64,000 nt of DNA, taken from an uncultured Acidobacteriota bacterium. Its GTDB lineage: Bacteria > Acidobacteriota > Terriglobia > UBA7540. Below, piece after piece: positions 1 through 11,907 of the stretch. The DNA lies in the NCBI GenBank assembly GCA_963804995.1, contig CAWDSK010000001.1:288001-352000 (forward strand). Reading direction: 5' to 3'. A model generated the notes under the pieces. The model searched no databases. It had not been told where the DNA came from and saw only the letters and a program-made list of their open reading frames with translations. Position 1 is the first letter of the stretch; each line of letters opens with the position of its first letter. The position numbers and the translations under genes are program-made.

Positions 1-137
1 ACAAGGCCGCCGCTCAGGCGTTGCTGAAACCCACGGCCGCGCTGATCGACCACTCCGTGCACAAAGGCATCCTGCACCCCAACACCGCGGCGCGCTACAA
101 GTCGCGCCTGACCCTCGCCTTTAACGCCTTAGCGTAA
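1..137 (+). CDS. rpsT: 30S ribosomal protein S20, 3' part (5' end outside window)
   Basis: Frame from nt 3 reads [44 protein letters not shown], the S20 C-terminal signature (KGxxHxNxAARxKSRL). Confidence 0.92.
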   Translation, partial: KAAAQALLKPTAALIDHSVHKGILHPNTAARYKSRLTLAFNALA

Positions 138-277
138 CAAGAACCGGCCAACCTCAGCTATCAGCCGTCGGCAATCAGGGGTAGCGCAGCCGCTGGCCCC
201 AAGCGAACGCGTCATGATAGGGGCGGGGCTTGCCTGCCCTAGCCCGCAATTCTCACCACGGGCAAGCGAACCGAAGT

Positions 278-392
278 TTGGAGTGCGGCGACTCGTCGCC
301 GCTTTCCAACGCCGCGACTCGTCGCGGCGAATCACTCAGCGCTGACGAGTCAGCGCTAGAAAAAGCGGGAGCAAGCTCCCGCACTCCGAAAT
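278..392. repeat. TTGGAGTGCGGC-type palindromic (REP-like) repeat
   Basis: TTTGGAGTGCGGCGACTCGTCGCCGC ... GCGGGAGCAAGCTCCCGCACTCCGAAA; same family as 12351-12432 and 14212-14293. Confidence 0.7.
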
Positions 393-497
393 TTGCCTCC
401 GCGCGCCCGGACAAGCGGTTCGATCGTGGCGGGCGCGGAAACCATCAGAAAGGGCCTTTAACGACGGGGGTTAAACCCCGCCCTTCCAAAGCCGTGA

Positions 498-2417
<1,920 letters not shown>

Positions 2418-2431
2418 TGAGAATTGCGGGC

Positions 2432-2505
2432 TAGGGCACCGCTTGCCGTACCCTCTTCATTTTTGCCACGTGACCGAAGCAAGAGGGTACAAGCCATACC
2501 GCTAC
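2432..2505. repeat. REP doublet (GTAG family, degenerate)
   Basis: Inverted GGGTACGGCAAGCCGTACCC-type hairpins with spacer CGTGACCGAAGCAAGAGGGTAC shared with 39221-39295. Confidence 0.75.
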
Positions 2506-2658
2506 AACCAGGGCAGCAAGGCCGCTGGTCCATTGTCAGAAGCAAGGTGTTACGCGATACCAGGCATCACCCTCCTTCGGCCCCAAAAATGCCCTTATGT
2601 CACTTGGATGGGTGAAAATGGGCACTTTGTCCGTGCCCGGCGCGAAGGGAGTGAGAAA

Positions 2659-3423
2659 ATGCGCAGCCATTTGGGTTGTACCGGCTCGGTGGTGTTAGGC
2701 GTCCTCTCAGAGGAAACGCAAAAGCGGCTGGAGCAGGCTGAGGCGAGTTGGCTGGAATACTCGCCCAATCCCGCCGCGCTTGAGGTCCGCCATGTCCAGC
2801 CGGACAACATTCCTCCCATGCGCGAGATTGCCGGCGAGCTATTGGAATTCCTGTGTTGTCTTACAGATGCAGAGCGCGCCCAACTTCCAGGGGGGTCTTT
2901 TTTTTACCGGGATGAGCCCACGGGTCAGTTCATCCGCATGAAGGCTGCGACGGGTGGTCTCTTGACCGTCACCTGGGCGCGACCCGATTACTCGCACTCG
3001 GAGTGGCAACAGTTCCGCAACCAGCCGGTGACCCTGGTCTTTGAGCCTTTCCAGAAGCTGAACGGCATGGTGAGTTTCGAAGGCAGCCCAACCTCTGCGG
3101 ATGACCTGCGGAGAGTTTTGGAAGCAACCGCAGGCCAGTACTCACAGGGGGACTACGAAATCGTTTCATCCATTGATCGCGTGCAGATCACGCTTCGCAA
3201 CGTCAACGCCGACGTGCTGAGCTTGGTCAATGCGCTTCGGTATTCGGACAAGAAGGGCACGCTGACGGGCGAAATCAACGTCAGTTCCTTCCGCGCCGGC
3301 GACCTGGAAGACTATTGCCGGTTTGTGTTTCGTTATGAGGAGACTTGGATCGCACGGCCCGCCCTTTGGTCGGACTCCCCGGATCCGCGCCCCACACCCG
3401 AACCGGTGGCGCGAGCGGCGTAA
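2659..3423 (+). CDS. Hypothetical protein
   Basis: Long ORF with globular-protein composition; ATG 2659 follows GAAGGGAG. The upstream extension runs through a REP and is ignored. Confidence 0.7.
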   Translation: MRSHLGCTGSVVLGVLSEETQKRLEQAEASWLEYSPNPAALEVRHVQPDNIPPMREIAGELLEFLCCLTDAERAQLPGGSFFYRDEPTGQFIRMKAATGGLLTVTWARPDYSHSEWQQFRNQPVTLVFEPFQKLNGMVSFEGSPTSADDLRRVLEATAGQYSQGDYEIVSSIDRVQITLRNVNADVLSLVNALRYSDKKGTLTGEINVSSFRAGDLEDYCRFVFRYEETWIARPALWSDSPDPRPTPEPVARAA

Positions 3424-3470
3424 GAAGAGCAGTTTTCAATTTCCGATTCACCCCCAAGGAGCTCCAAATC

Positions 3471-4655
3471 ATGGATTATGGATTTACTGAGTATCAAGCT
3501 GCCATTCGCGACCTGTCGCGCGAGATTGCCGAAAAAGAAATCCGCCCTGTCTCGGCGGAATACGATCGCGAGGCCAAATTCCCCTGGCCCATCGTCAAGA
3601 TCCTGGCGGAGACGGACCTCTTCCGTGTCTACATTGACAACGAGTTCGGCGGGATCAGCGACGGCTCACCCATCATGAATATGGTGATCGTCACCGAGGA
3701 GCTCTCCAAGGCCTGTGGCGGCATTGCGCTCAGCTTTGCGGGTACGGCGCTCGGCACCCTGCCCATAATTCTTTCCGGCAACGAAGAGCAGAAGAAGCGC
3801 TGGCTGCCCGATATCGCCGCCGGCAAAAAGCTGGCTGCCTTCGCGCTCACGGAGCCGCAAGCGGGTTCTGACGCGGGCGCCGTGCGCACCACCGCCCTCC
3901 GCGATGGTGACCACTACGTGTTGAACGGCACCAAGCAGTGGATCACCAACGGCGGCGAGGCGGAGATTTACTCGGTCATCGCTTTGACGAACCCCACCAA
4001 GGGGCCGCGCGGAGCCTCCTGCATCGTGGTTGAGAAAGGCACGCCCGGCTTCACGTTCGGGAAGAAGGAAGACAAGCTGGGCATTCGCGCCTCCGCCACG
4101 CGCGAACTGGTTTTCCAGGATTGCCGCGTGCCTGTTGAAAATTGTCTGGGCCGCGAGGGTACGGGTTTCATCACCGCTATGAAGACGTTTGACGTTTCGC
4201 GTCCCGGCGTGGGCGCGCAGGCGCTGGGCATCGCGCAGGGTGCGTTCGACCTGGCGCTCGAATATGCCTGCACGCGCCGCCAATTCGGTTCCCCCGTCGG
4301 GTCATTCCAGGGACTGCGCTTCAAGATCGCCGACATGGCGACCAAGATCGAAGCCGCGCGCGCCCTCGTTTACGCCACGGCGCGGTACATCGACACCAAG
4401 CCCAAGGAGCGGCCCACCCTCTACTCCGCCATGTCAAAGTGCTTTGCCAGTGATGTGGCCATGGAAGTCACCATCGACGCCCTCCAGATTTTTGGCGGCT
4501 ACGGCTACATGCATGACTATCCCATCGAGAAATACATGCGCGACGCCAAGATCACCCAGATTTACGAAGGCACCAATGAGATCCAGCGGGAAGAGATGTC
4601 AAAGACGCTGATCAGCAACTTCCACTCCAAGCGTCCTGCCGTGCGCGCGGCATAG
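3471..4655 (+). CDS. Acyl-CoA dehydrogenase
   Basis: FALTEPQAGSDA, LNGTKQWITNG, QIFGGYGYMHDYPIEKYMRDAKITQIYEGT; AAGGAG RBS before ATG 3471. Confidence 0.95.
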   Translation: MDYGFTEYQAAIRDLSREIAEKEIRPVSAEYDREAKFPWPIVKILAETDLFRVYIDNEFGGISDGSPIMNMVIVTEELSKACGGIALSFAGTALGTLPIILSGNEEQKKRWLPDIAAGKKLAAFALTEPQAGSDAGAVRTTALRDGDHYVLNGTKQWITNGGEAEIYSVIALTNPTKGPRGASCIVVEKGTPGFTFGKKEDKLGIRASATRELVFQDCRVPVENCLGREGTGFITAMKTFDVSRPGVGAQALGIAQGAFDLALEYACTRRQFGSPVGSFQGLRFKIADMATKIEAARALVYATARYIDTKPKERPTLYSAMSKCFASDVAMEVTIDALQIFGGYGYMHDYPIEKYMRDAKITQIYEGTNEIQREEMSKTLISNFHSKRPAVRAA

Positions 4656-4680
4656 GGCCGATTTTTCATCGCAAGTTTTG

Positions 4681-4710
4681 AAGGGCGGGGCAGAATCCCC
4701 GCCCTTTCGC
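4681..4710 (+). terminator. Probable intrinsic terminator
   Basis: AAGGGCGGGG-CAGAAT-CCCCGCCCTTT hairpin just after the acyl-CoA dehydrogenase stop. Confidence 0.55.
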
Positions 4711-4989
4711 TTGACAACACCCCCATAGCCCTCACAACCCCTTAACACCCCTTCAAGAACATGATAACCCATGTATATTCAATGGGTTGGGTGGGTAGCT
4801 CTTTTTCGAATTTGTTTTTATTGTGTAGCGGCGGGTTTACCCCGCCATTTTGTCGGGCCGGATGGCATTGGGCCGGGGACGTAGGGGGTGCCCCGTTGGG
4901 GCTGGAAGGTAGCGGCGAGTTGCTGTGGCGCTACACGGGGAACTCCAAGCGACCCCAATCAGCGGGCCTTTGTGTCCTTTTCGGGAGGC

Positions 4990-5360
4990 ATCCTGGCGGA
5001 GTACTATTCGGGCGGCACGATCTTCGACCACCCCGACCAGATCGGCTCGATGAGCACTTCCAGCGACTACACCGGGAACACCTTGAACGAGAAACTGTTT
5101 TATCCCTTTGGGGAACTGTGGACGGGCGCGGCGATTCCAAACTTCAACACGCACCAGACCTTCGCTCACTTGCCGGACTACGATCCGGAAACCGACCAGT
5201 ACAACACGCTGAACCGTCACTACAGCCCCAGCGGGCGCTGGCTGAGCCCAGACCCCGGGGGAGTGAAAATCGTCAAACTCGACGACCCCCAAACCTGGAA
5301 CATGTATGCCTACGTCCGAAATAATCCCACCACCCTCACCGACCCCACGGGGCTTGCTGT
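4990..5360 (+). pseudogene. Orphan Rhs repeat-associated core fragment
   Basis: HPDQIGS, YPFGE, RHYSPSGRWLSPDP and NMYAYVRNNPTTLTDPTGL motifs; no N-terminal Rhs body and no recognisable toxin tip. Confidence 0.85.
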
Positions 5361-5399
5361 TGCCACGGGGGGTAATCCGAACTGTGAACCACAGGAGCA

Positions 5400-5822
5400 T
5401 TGGTTCTGTTCATACTGGGAATGGGGGCGATTATGGCTGTCGGCCAACAAAAGCCGCTGCCCAGTGTCACGAGTGCAAGTGTGCCGCTTTACCCTCGGAC
5501 TCCGCAGATGGCACACATCGAGGGAGTGGTCCGGCTTCGAATCTCAACGGACGGGAATCGAGTTGCATCCGTAGAGGTTCAAAGCGGCCAACCGATGCTG
5601 GCACATGCGGCGCAGGATAATGTCAAAACCTGGCAGTTCGAGCCACACACACCAACCACTTTTGAGACTACTTTCCGCTACAAGCTTTTGCCTGCAAAGT
5701 GCGACGCGGAATGCAACTGCAACAGCGTGGAAAAACCTTCGGTGTTGCTCCAACTGCCAAGCGACGTTGAAGTGAATGCGAAAGAGTTGATGGTCTGCGA
5801 TTCGGCTTCCAACAGCAGGTAG
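5400..5822 (+). CDS. TonB C-terminal-like domain protein with signal peptide
   Basis: PLYPRTPQMAHIEGVVRLRISTDG...GQPMLAHAAQDNVKTWQFEP resembles TonB-C. Start uncertain; the stop is the TAG of a REP GTAG. Confidence 0.7.
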   Translation: MVLFILGMGAIMAVGQQKPLPSVTSASVPLYPRTPQMAHIEGVVRLRISTDGNRVASVEVQSGQPMLAHAAQDNVKTWQFEPHTPTTFETTFRYKLLPAKCDAECNCNSVEKPSVLLQLPSDVEVNAKELMVCDSASNSR

Positions 5823-6008
5823 CGCAGAGTCTGGCCCTTTCAGACTCTGCGGCTCTTAATGTGATGAACATCCACTGTATTATTAACACACGGCTTAACC
5901 ACCAAACGTGGTGATCCAGTTCTCTTGGGGGACACAAGTGGTGATCGGGAGTCGCATCCAACAAACGAAGAGCCGCAGAGTCTCAAAGAGCGCGAGACTC
6001 TGCGCTAC
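5819..6008. repeat. 190-bp REP-bounded element, copy 1
   Basis: GTAGCGCAGAGTC...GACTCTGCGCTAC ends; colinear with 8919-9108. Confidence 0.85.
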
Positions 6009-6178
6009 GTGCTGATGCCCTGCTTGTCGACGAGGGCGGCAATACGCTTGCTCGACACCCCGCCGGCCAGCAAAGCCAGAACCTTGTTCTCGCTGAGCGG
6101 CTTCTCTTGGGCGGGCGGAGCTTGCGCCAGGCCGAGGCTGGCGGCAACCAGGATCGCGAGCAAACAAGCACGCTTCAT
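6005..6178 (-). pseudogene. Truncated secreted-protein gene (signal peptide plus start of a domain)
   Basis: MKRACLLAILVAASLGLAQAPPAQEKPLSENKVLALLAGGVSSKRIAALVDKQGIST*; GGAG RBS; stop supplied by the REP GTAG. Below the ORF track cut-off. Confidence 0.65.
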
Positions 6179-6622
6179 AGCTGTTATCTCCGGGCAGAGA
6201 TTCCTATTTCGGGTTCGCAGGTCGCCGCAAGAGTACGTCCACGCTGCGGTCCAGTCAATCCGATAGTGGGATTCGTAAGCAGGGAGCCAGACTTAGGGTG
6301 GACTTTGGTACGCCAGGGAAAGCCTGCGGAGTGCGGACCTGCTCTTAAGGTCTGCGGTTCTTCCCGGATTGACGACAACGAGCCGCGGACCTACCGAACA
6401 GGTCTGCTACGCTTCCTAAAATTAGAAGCACACCTCGGATGTCCGGAGTAAAATCCTTGGCAGCAAATGAGGAGACCCTACACTTTATACTTCGAAGTAG
6501 CGTAGAGCGGCCTTGATTCTCTCCCCATGTCTGGCGGTAGTGGGAGACTTTTAGTTTGATAGACTCAGCGGAAGCATTTCTTTGAAGCTTGACCCACTTT
6601 CGGAAGCGGTTGAGGAGGATGT

Positions 6623-8590
6623 ATGAAGGTCAGAGCGAGTGAGCCCTTAGTCCCAAGGAAGCCTAAAGAGAACCCAAGGCAGAGAGGAAGCGCGGCGACC
6701 CCCGCGGGCGACCGCGCTTTGGGCATGAATGCGCGCATCTGCCGGCGAGACTTTTTGAACTCGGCACTACTGGCTTCCGGGAGTGCATTGCTCAGTTCCG
6801 TAACTCCGCTTGAACTTCTGGCCCAGCAACCCTCCTGGGGAGGGTATACCGGGGAGGGAGATTACGCGGGCGCCAATGGCAATACGCTGGACACAGTGTT
6901 GGCTGCCCACGCGCTGCGGGACGGAGTTTTCGATTCTCCTCCCGCCTCGGTGGTGGACACGGGCGAAGTCTTCGACTTGGTGGTGGTGGGCGGTGGATTC
7001 AGCGGCTTGGCTGCGGGGTTGTTCTTCAACGACCAGGCGCCGGCCCAGCAAACTTGTTTAATCCTGGAAAACCATGCCATGTTCGGCGGCCAGGCGCGGC
7101 GGAATGAATTCCTGGTCGACGGCCACCGGCTGATCGTGCCGCAAGGTTCGAACAATTTTTCCACTCCCGCCCCGGGGCTGATGCGGGATTTCTATACCCG
7201 CATCGGGGTAGATGCCAGTGCGTTCGAAGACGACGCGCACCAGGAGTGGGGTGGCCCTGGCCCCGCCATGCCGTTGAGCTGGTGCGCCTATGATCACGTC
7301 GGGGCGTGTCCGTCGGTCCCGAATTTCGGCTTCTGGTTCGGGCCGAAGTTCGGGCAACAGCCGGGCAAGTGGGTGGTGGATCCCTGGAATAACCTGGAGC
7401 AGCTTCCGGTATCCCCGCAATTGCGTTCCGATTTCGCCAAGTATAAGAAGATGTGCATCGAGCACCAACAATCACCGCGGCATGAGACGGAAGAGGAGTT
7501 ACGCCGCCTCGATACGGTCGCGGCCGAGGTGATCGCGGAGCGGTATGGCCTCAGCCGGGAGTTTGTCCGCATGTACTTAGCTCCTCGAACGGCGACCGTC
7601 CATGGCCTTGGACCCGATGCGCTCACTGGTTATCGTTATCAGGAGATCTTTGGCGACAAAGACCCTCGCCATCTCAAAAGCTTCCCGGGTGGAAACACGG
7701 GTTTTACGCGGCATATCGTCAAGACCCTCATTCCCGATGCGATTTCCGGTCCTCGAACGCTCGAAGCGGTTTGCCGAAACCGCATCAATTTTGCCACGCT
7801 CGATCGTCCGAGCAATAAGGTGCGCATCCGCCTGCGGTCAACGGCCGTGCGGGTTGAGCATGAAGGGGACCCGGAAAAATCCTCCTTCGTCCGGGTGATG
7901 TACACGCGCGACGGCAAGGTCTATCGCTTGAAGGCCCGCGCGGTGATCATGGCGGGGGGCGGCTGGATCACCAAACATGTGGTGCGGGACCTGCCTTCCC
8001 CGCATCGCGCCGCCTACGACCAATTCAACTATACGGCGACCTTGGTGGCCAACGTGGCCGTACGCAACTGGCGCTTTCTTTATAAATTGGGGCTTTGCGG
8101 AGGACGCTGGTTCGAGGGGTTCGGCTTTTGGACCGAAGTGCGCACCGTCGCCAAGTTTGGGGCGGATTCGCCGACGATCGGACCGGATTCACCTACGGTC
8201 CTGAGCCTCATCGTGCCTTACTATTACCCGGGCCTGCCCATGCCCGAACAATGCAGCAAAGGACGTGCGGAGATGCTCTCCACGTCGTTTCGCGATTTCG
8301 AGCGAAAGATCCGTGAGCAGTTTACCGATATGTTTTCAGTGTCCGGATTTGACGCCCGACGGGACATAGCCGGCATTATCCTGAACCGCTGGGGACATCA
8401 TTTTATTACTCTCCCACTCGGAATGACCTGGGGAGAAAACGGCAAACCCGCGCCGCGTGAAATTCTGCGCCGCGCCCCCTTTGGCCGGATTGCCTTTGCC
8501 AACACCGACTTGCAAGGACATTCGGGGCACAATTATGCGACTGAAGAGGCGCATCGTGCGGTGGGCCAGGTCCTCTCACTGCCAGGGTGA
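6623..8590 (+). CDS. Tat-exported FAD-dependent oxidoreductase, spermidine dehydrogenase (SpdH)-like
   Basis: LGMNARICRRDFLN twin-arginine motif, DLVVVGGGFSGLAA, LENHAMFGGQARRNEF, IILNRWGH, FGRIAFANTD. Confidence 0.8.
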   Translation: MKVRASEPLVPRKPKENPRQRGSAATPAGDRALGMNARICRRDFLNSALLASGSALLSSVTPLELLAQQPSWGGYTGEGDYAGANGNTLDTVLAAHALRDGVFDSPPASVVDTGEVFDLVVVGGGFSGLAAGLFFNDQAPAQQTCLILENHAMFGGQARRNEFLVDGHRLIVPQGSNNFSTPAPGLMRDFYTRIGVDASAFEDDAHQEWGGPGPAMPLSWCAYDHVGACPSVPNFGFWFGPKFGQQPGKWVVDPWNNLEQLPVSPQLRSDFAKYKKMCIEHQQSPRHETEEELRRLDTVAAEVIAERYGLSREFVRMYLAPRTATVHGLGPDALTGYRYQEIFGDKDPRHLKSFPGGNTGFTRHIVKTLIPDAISGPRTLEAVCRNRINFATLDRPSNKVRIRLRSTAVRVEHEGDPEKSSFVRVMYTRDGKVYRLKARAVIMAGGGWITKHVVRDLPSPHRAAYDQFNYTATLVANVAVRNWRFLYKLGLCGGRWFEGFGFWTEVRTVAKFGADSPTIGPDSPTVLSLIVPYYYPGLPMPEQCSKGRAEMLSTSFRDFERKIREQFTDMFSVSGFDARRDIAGIILNRWGHHFITLPLGMTWGENGKPAPREILRRAPFGRIAFANTDLQGHSGHNYATEEAHRAVGQVLSLPG

Positions 8591-8676
8591 TGGAAAACCG
8601 GGGACGTACCAGCTCACCGCGCACATCGTTCCGCGCCACGCTTGCTCTTCCTTTATCCCGGACGTAACATCTTGGC

Positions 8677-8922
8677 GTGAGGGCCCCGGCGAGATTTCCA
8701 ATTCGCACCGCATTCCTCTGCCTGCTTGGCGTGTTGCTATTTCTCGCGCCGGGCGGGGCGCGTGCCGACGAATTCAGCACAACCCTTCGTTACTCTGTCC
8801 GGATGTTTTCTTTTGGCACGCTCACGGTTGACACGCGCATGGGCAACTTCCAGGTGGAAGGCTGGGACGAGCCGCGCCTGGAGATCGAAGCCGAGAAAGT
8901 TGTGGAGGCGAACAGCCGGTAG
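8677..8922 (+). pseudogene. Truncated secreted protein, N-terminus resembling DUF4097 beta-strand proteins
   Basis: Signal peptide then GTLTVDTRMGNFQVEGWDEPRLEIEAEK; ends abruptly at the TAG of the REP GTAG. Confidence 0.6.
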
Positions 8923-9108
8923 CGCAGAGTGTACGCCTTTCACACTCTGCGGTTCTTACTCTGATAAACATACACTGTATTATTAACACACCACCTTGAC
9001 ACCTGATGTGGTCAGCCAGTTTCTCGGGAGATCATAATTGGTGATGGAAAGTCGCGCCGAAGAGACGAAAAGCCGCAGAGTCTCGGAAAGCACAAGACTC
9101 TGCGCTAC
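8919..9108. repeat. 190-bp REP-bounded element, copy 2
   Basis: GTAGCGCAGAGT...GACTCTGCGCTAC; shares CACTGTATTATTAACACAC with copy 1 at the same offset. Confidence 0.85.
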
Positions 9109-9255
9109 CCTGCTTTCATGGGCACAATGTAACAACAGATCTGTTGCTTATCAAGGGAAATTCGGCCGGACATTGATTGGGCGGGACGTGGACTTGCAGG
9201 GCAGGGTTCGCTGTCATGCCCGATACGCCAGCGGCAAGCGAAGGTCGGAAGAACA

Positions 9256-9365
9256 GTGGTTAGTGGCTAGTGGATAGTGGCGAGAAAGACAGGCAGAACG
9301 ACAGTGCCTAGTGGTTAGTGGCTAGTGGTTAGAAAGGCAGCCCGAAGGGCTGTGGTTCGTGGCCA
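9256..9365. repeat. Heptamer tandem repeats (TAGTGGN)
   Basis: GTGGTTAGTGGCTAGTGGATAGTGGC and CTAGTGGTTAGTGGCTAGTGGTTAG. Confidence 0.75.
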
Positions 9366-9730
9366 GGGGCTGGGGGCGGACAGCAAGGCAGCGTGGGCCT
9401 CTGCGGTGCTGGGGCCCATGACAAATCAAGCAGGTCAATCCGTCGGCTGACGGCCCCCCTCCGATTCCTGGGTTCGGCACAGATCGGACCGCAAATAGGA
9501 CCCGTTGAACCACGAGGCGTAATCACCCCGTCGCTTCCGCGCCGCAACAAGAACTTCCGCCCTTGGTGACGCGCAGGGCGGCTTGACCATACTTTTCTTT
9601 CACGACTTTTTGTCATTGGTGGGACATGTCCCAGAAGTTGCTCTCCGCGGGGCATAGCGCGCGAGGTCCCACTACTTTCCCCAACTTCATGCGTTTTTAC
9701 CCTGACGTTTTATCAACGGCTCCGACGCAC

Positions 9731-11301
9731 TTAGTTGCGCCCTTCCTGCACATAACCGTAAAGCAAGCCGGAGCTGACGCGACCAATCGAGACCTCCACA
9801 AGTTGATTGGCGGGAACTTCTGAGCCCGGCAGCACGACCTTCAGGTAATGGGTGGTAAGCGCCACGCGGGCGCCTGCTTCGACTTCGTCCAGCGTGACGG
9901 CAGCAACGCTTCTGCCCACTTGCGCGGCAAGAAAGGCCTCACGCTTGGCGGCGATGACGGCGCGGATTTCCTGACTGCGCTCACGCGCCACGCGGCCGTT
10001 CACTTGTGCCGTGGCTGCGGCCGCCGGAGTGCCCGGACGCGCCGAGTAAGGGAAGACGTGCAGATAGGTGTAAGGGAGCGATTCGATAAAGCGCAGGCTT
10101 TCGGCGTGATCCTGGTCGGTCTCACCGGGGAAGCCCACCATGACGTCCGCTCCAATCGCGGCGTGGGGAATCTGCTCGCGAATGGCCAGAATACGCTCAG
10201 CGTATTGGCGGGCCCAGTAGCGCCGGTTCATGCGCCGCAGAATCCGGTCGCACCCGCTTTGTAGCGGCACATGAAAATGCTGCGCCAAACGCGGCTCGCA
10301 AGCCACCAGGCGAATCAGCTTGGCACTCACGTCCATGGGCTCGATGGAGCTAATGCGGATACGCGCGATCGAGCTCTCACCGAGAATGCGCTCCAGGATT
10401 CCCAGGAAATTGATGCGCCGATCCAGGTCGCGCCCGTAGCTGCCCAGATTGATCCCGGAGAGGACCACTTCCTGGTAGCCCGCTCCTCGAGTTGTCGCAC
10501 CTCAGCCAAAAGCTTTTCCGGCTCGAGGCTGCGGCTCGGCCCACGCACGGAGGGGATCACGCAGAATGCGCAGCGAGCGTTGCATCCATCCTGAATCTTC
10601 AGCGTAGGCCGCGTGCGATCGTCCGGGAAGACGGGCGCGAAGTGAAATTCCTCCGAGATCTCGCCCACCAGAACCTGGGCGGGGGCGAAAATAATCGGGT
10701 CATCGGGCCATCGGGTCATCGGGCCATCAGGCGATCGGGTGGGAGGAATCGGGAGATCGGGTGATCGGGTGATCGGGTGATCGGCCGGTTGAGCAACCGG
10801 GCGCGCTGGCTCCTCACTCGTCACTTGGCACTCGTCACTGTTTCTTGGCTCCCGGATTTGTACAAGCGTAGAAGGGGCTTGCTTATAGAAGGTGCTGGCC
10901 GGCTGATCGTTCTTCTGCTGCTCTCCCGATCTCCCGATCTCCCGATCACCCGATTCTACCGGGCGTTCCGGGGCGAGTATCGTGCTCACCAGATGTTTGT
11001 GAGAGTTACCCACGACCCAAGCGACGCCTTCCAGACGAGCAATCTCCTCCGGAGCGCGTTGCGCGTAGCAGCCTGTCACCAGGATGCGGCACTGGGGATT
11101 GCGGCGATGGATGCGGCGCACGAACTGGCGGACTTCCGCGTCAGCCGTGGCCGTGACGGTGCAGGTGTTGAGGATGGCGACTTGGCTCTCCTCAATCGTG
11201 CTGACTTCTCGGAGCCCGGCCTCGAGCAGTTGCTGCTTCAAAGCGGCGCCATCGGCCTGGCTGGCGCGGCAGCCGAAATTGAGAATGTGAAAAGTAGCCA
11301 T
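9731..11301 (-). CDS. mtaB: tRNA t6A methylthiotransferase MtaB (one frameshift near 10480; large in-frame insertion)
   Basis: NFGCRASQAD, LNTCTVT, VTGCYAQ, LKIQDGCNARCAFCVIP (CxxxCxxC), HVPLQSG, VGFPGET, HVFPYSARPGT across two ORFs. Confidence 0.9.
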
Positions 11302-11508
11302 GCCCAGGGAGAGATTGTAGCTGAGATGCGCACCGGCCACCAACCAATTGGGGCCAATCAAGGGGGTGAGATCCCGCCAGAGTACAGTTGGAGGCCAAGC
11401 TTAAGCAGCGCTGAGATGAGGTAAGCAGGCACACCTCCACGCCTGTCTCCAGGTCTGTAGAGACACGTCCCACTTGCAACGGGACCCACAAGGTGTGAGT
11501 GGAAAAGA

Positions 11509-11808
11509 CTAAGCCGGGGTGGCAGCAGTCCGTCTCTGTTGGAAGCATTCCCGACAGTAGACCGGCCTGCCCTGAGTCGGTTTAAAGGGAACCGTCGTCT
11601 CCTTGCCGCACTGCGAGCATACGGTAGTGGTTTCGACGCGTTGGTAACCCTGACCGCTCAGCATCTGACTACGCTTGGACTTGCAGGGCTTGCACCGTTT
11701 GGGCTCGTTCTTAAAGCCCTTGTCGGCGAAGAAAAGTTGTTCACCCGAAGTAAACACAAATTCCGCGCCGCAATCGATACACTTGAGGACCCGATCCCGG
11801 TATTCCAT
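11509..11808 (-). CDS. Zinc-ribbon / CxxC-x17-CxxC domain protein
   Basis: CIDCGAEFVFTSGEQLFF...PKRCKPC and CSQCGKETTVPFKPTQGRPVYCRECF. Confidence 0.9.
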   Translation of the reverse strand: MEYRDRVLKCIDCGAEFVFTSGEQLFFADKGFKNEPKRCKPCKSKRSQMLSGQGYQRVETTTVCSQCGKETTVPFKPTQGRPVYCRECFQQRRTAATPA

Positions 11809-11907
11809 AGCTCGCTCCCTTGGTCGAACAGGTCCTCACCCGCCCCAGTCCCCGGCTGTGAGGATGGGCACGGGTTATTGCCATCCCCACTTAGGTTCAG
11901 CACACGT

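Noticed and set aside
5873..5891. LexA SOS box in the conserved 19-mer
   Set aside because: CTGT-N8-CACA does not fit CTGT-N8-ACAG.
11345..11505. Possible riboswitch or sRNA between the zinc-ribbon gene and mtaB
   Set aside because: Short hairpins are present but match no family I can recognise; too weak to call.
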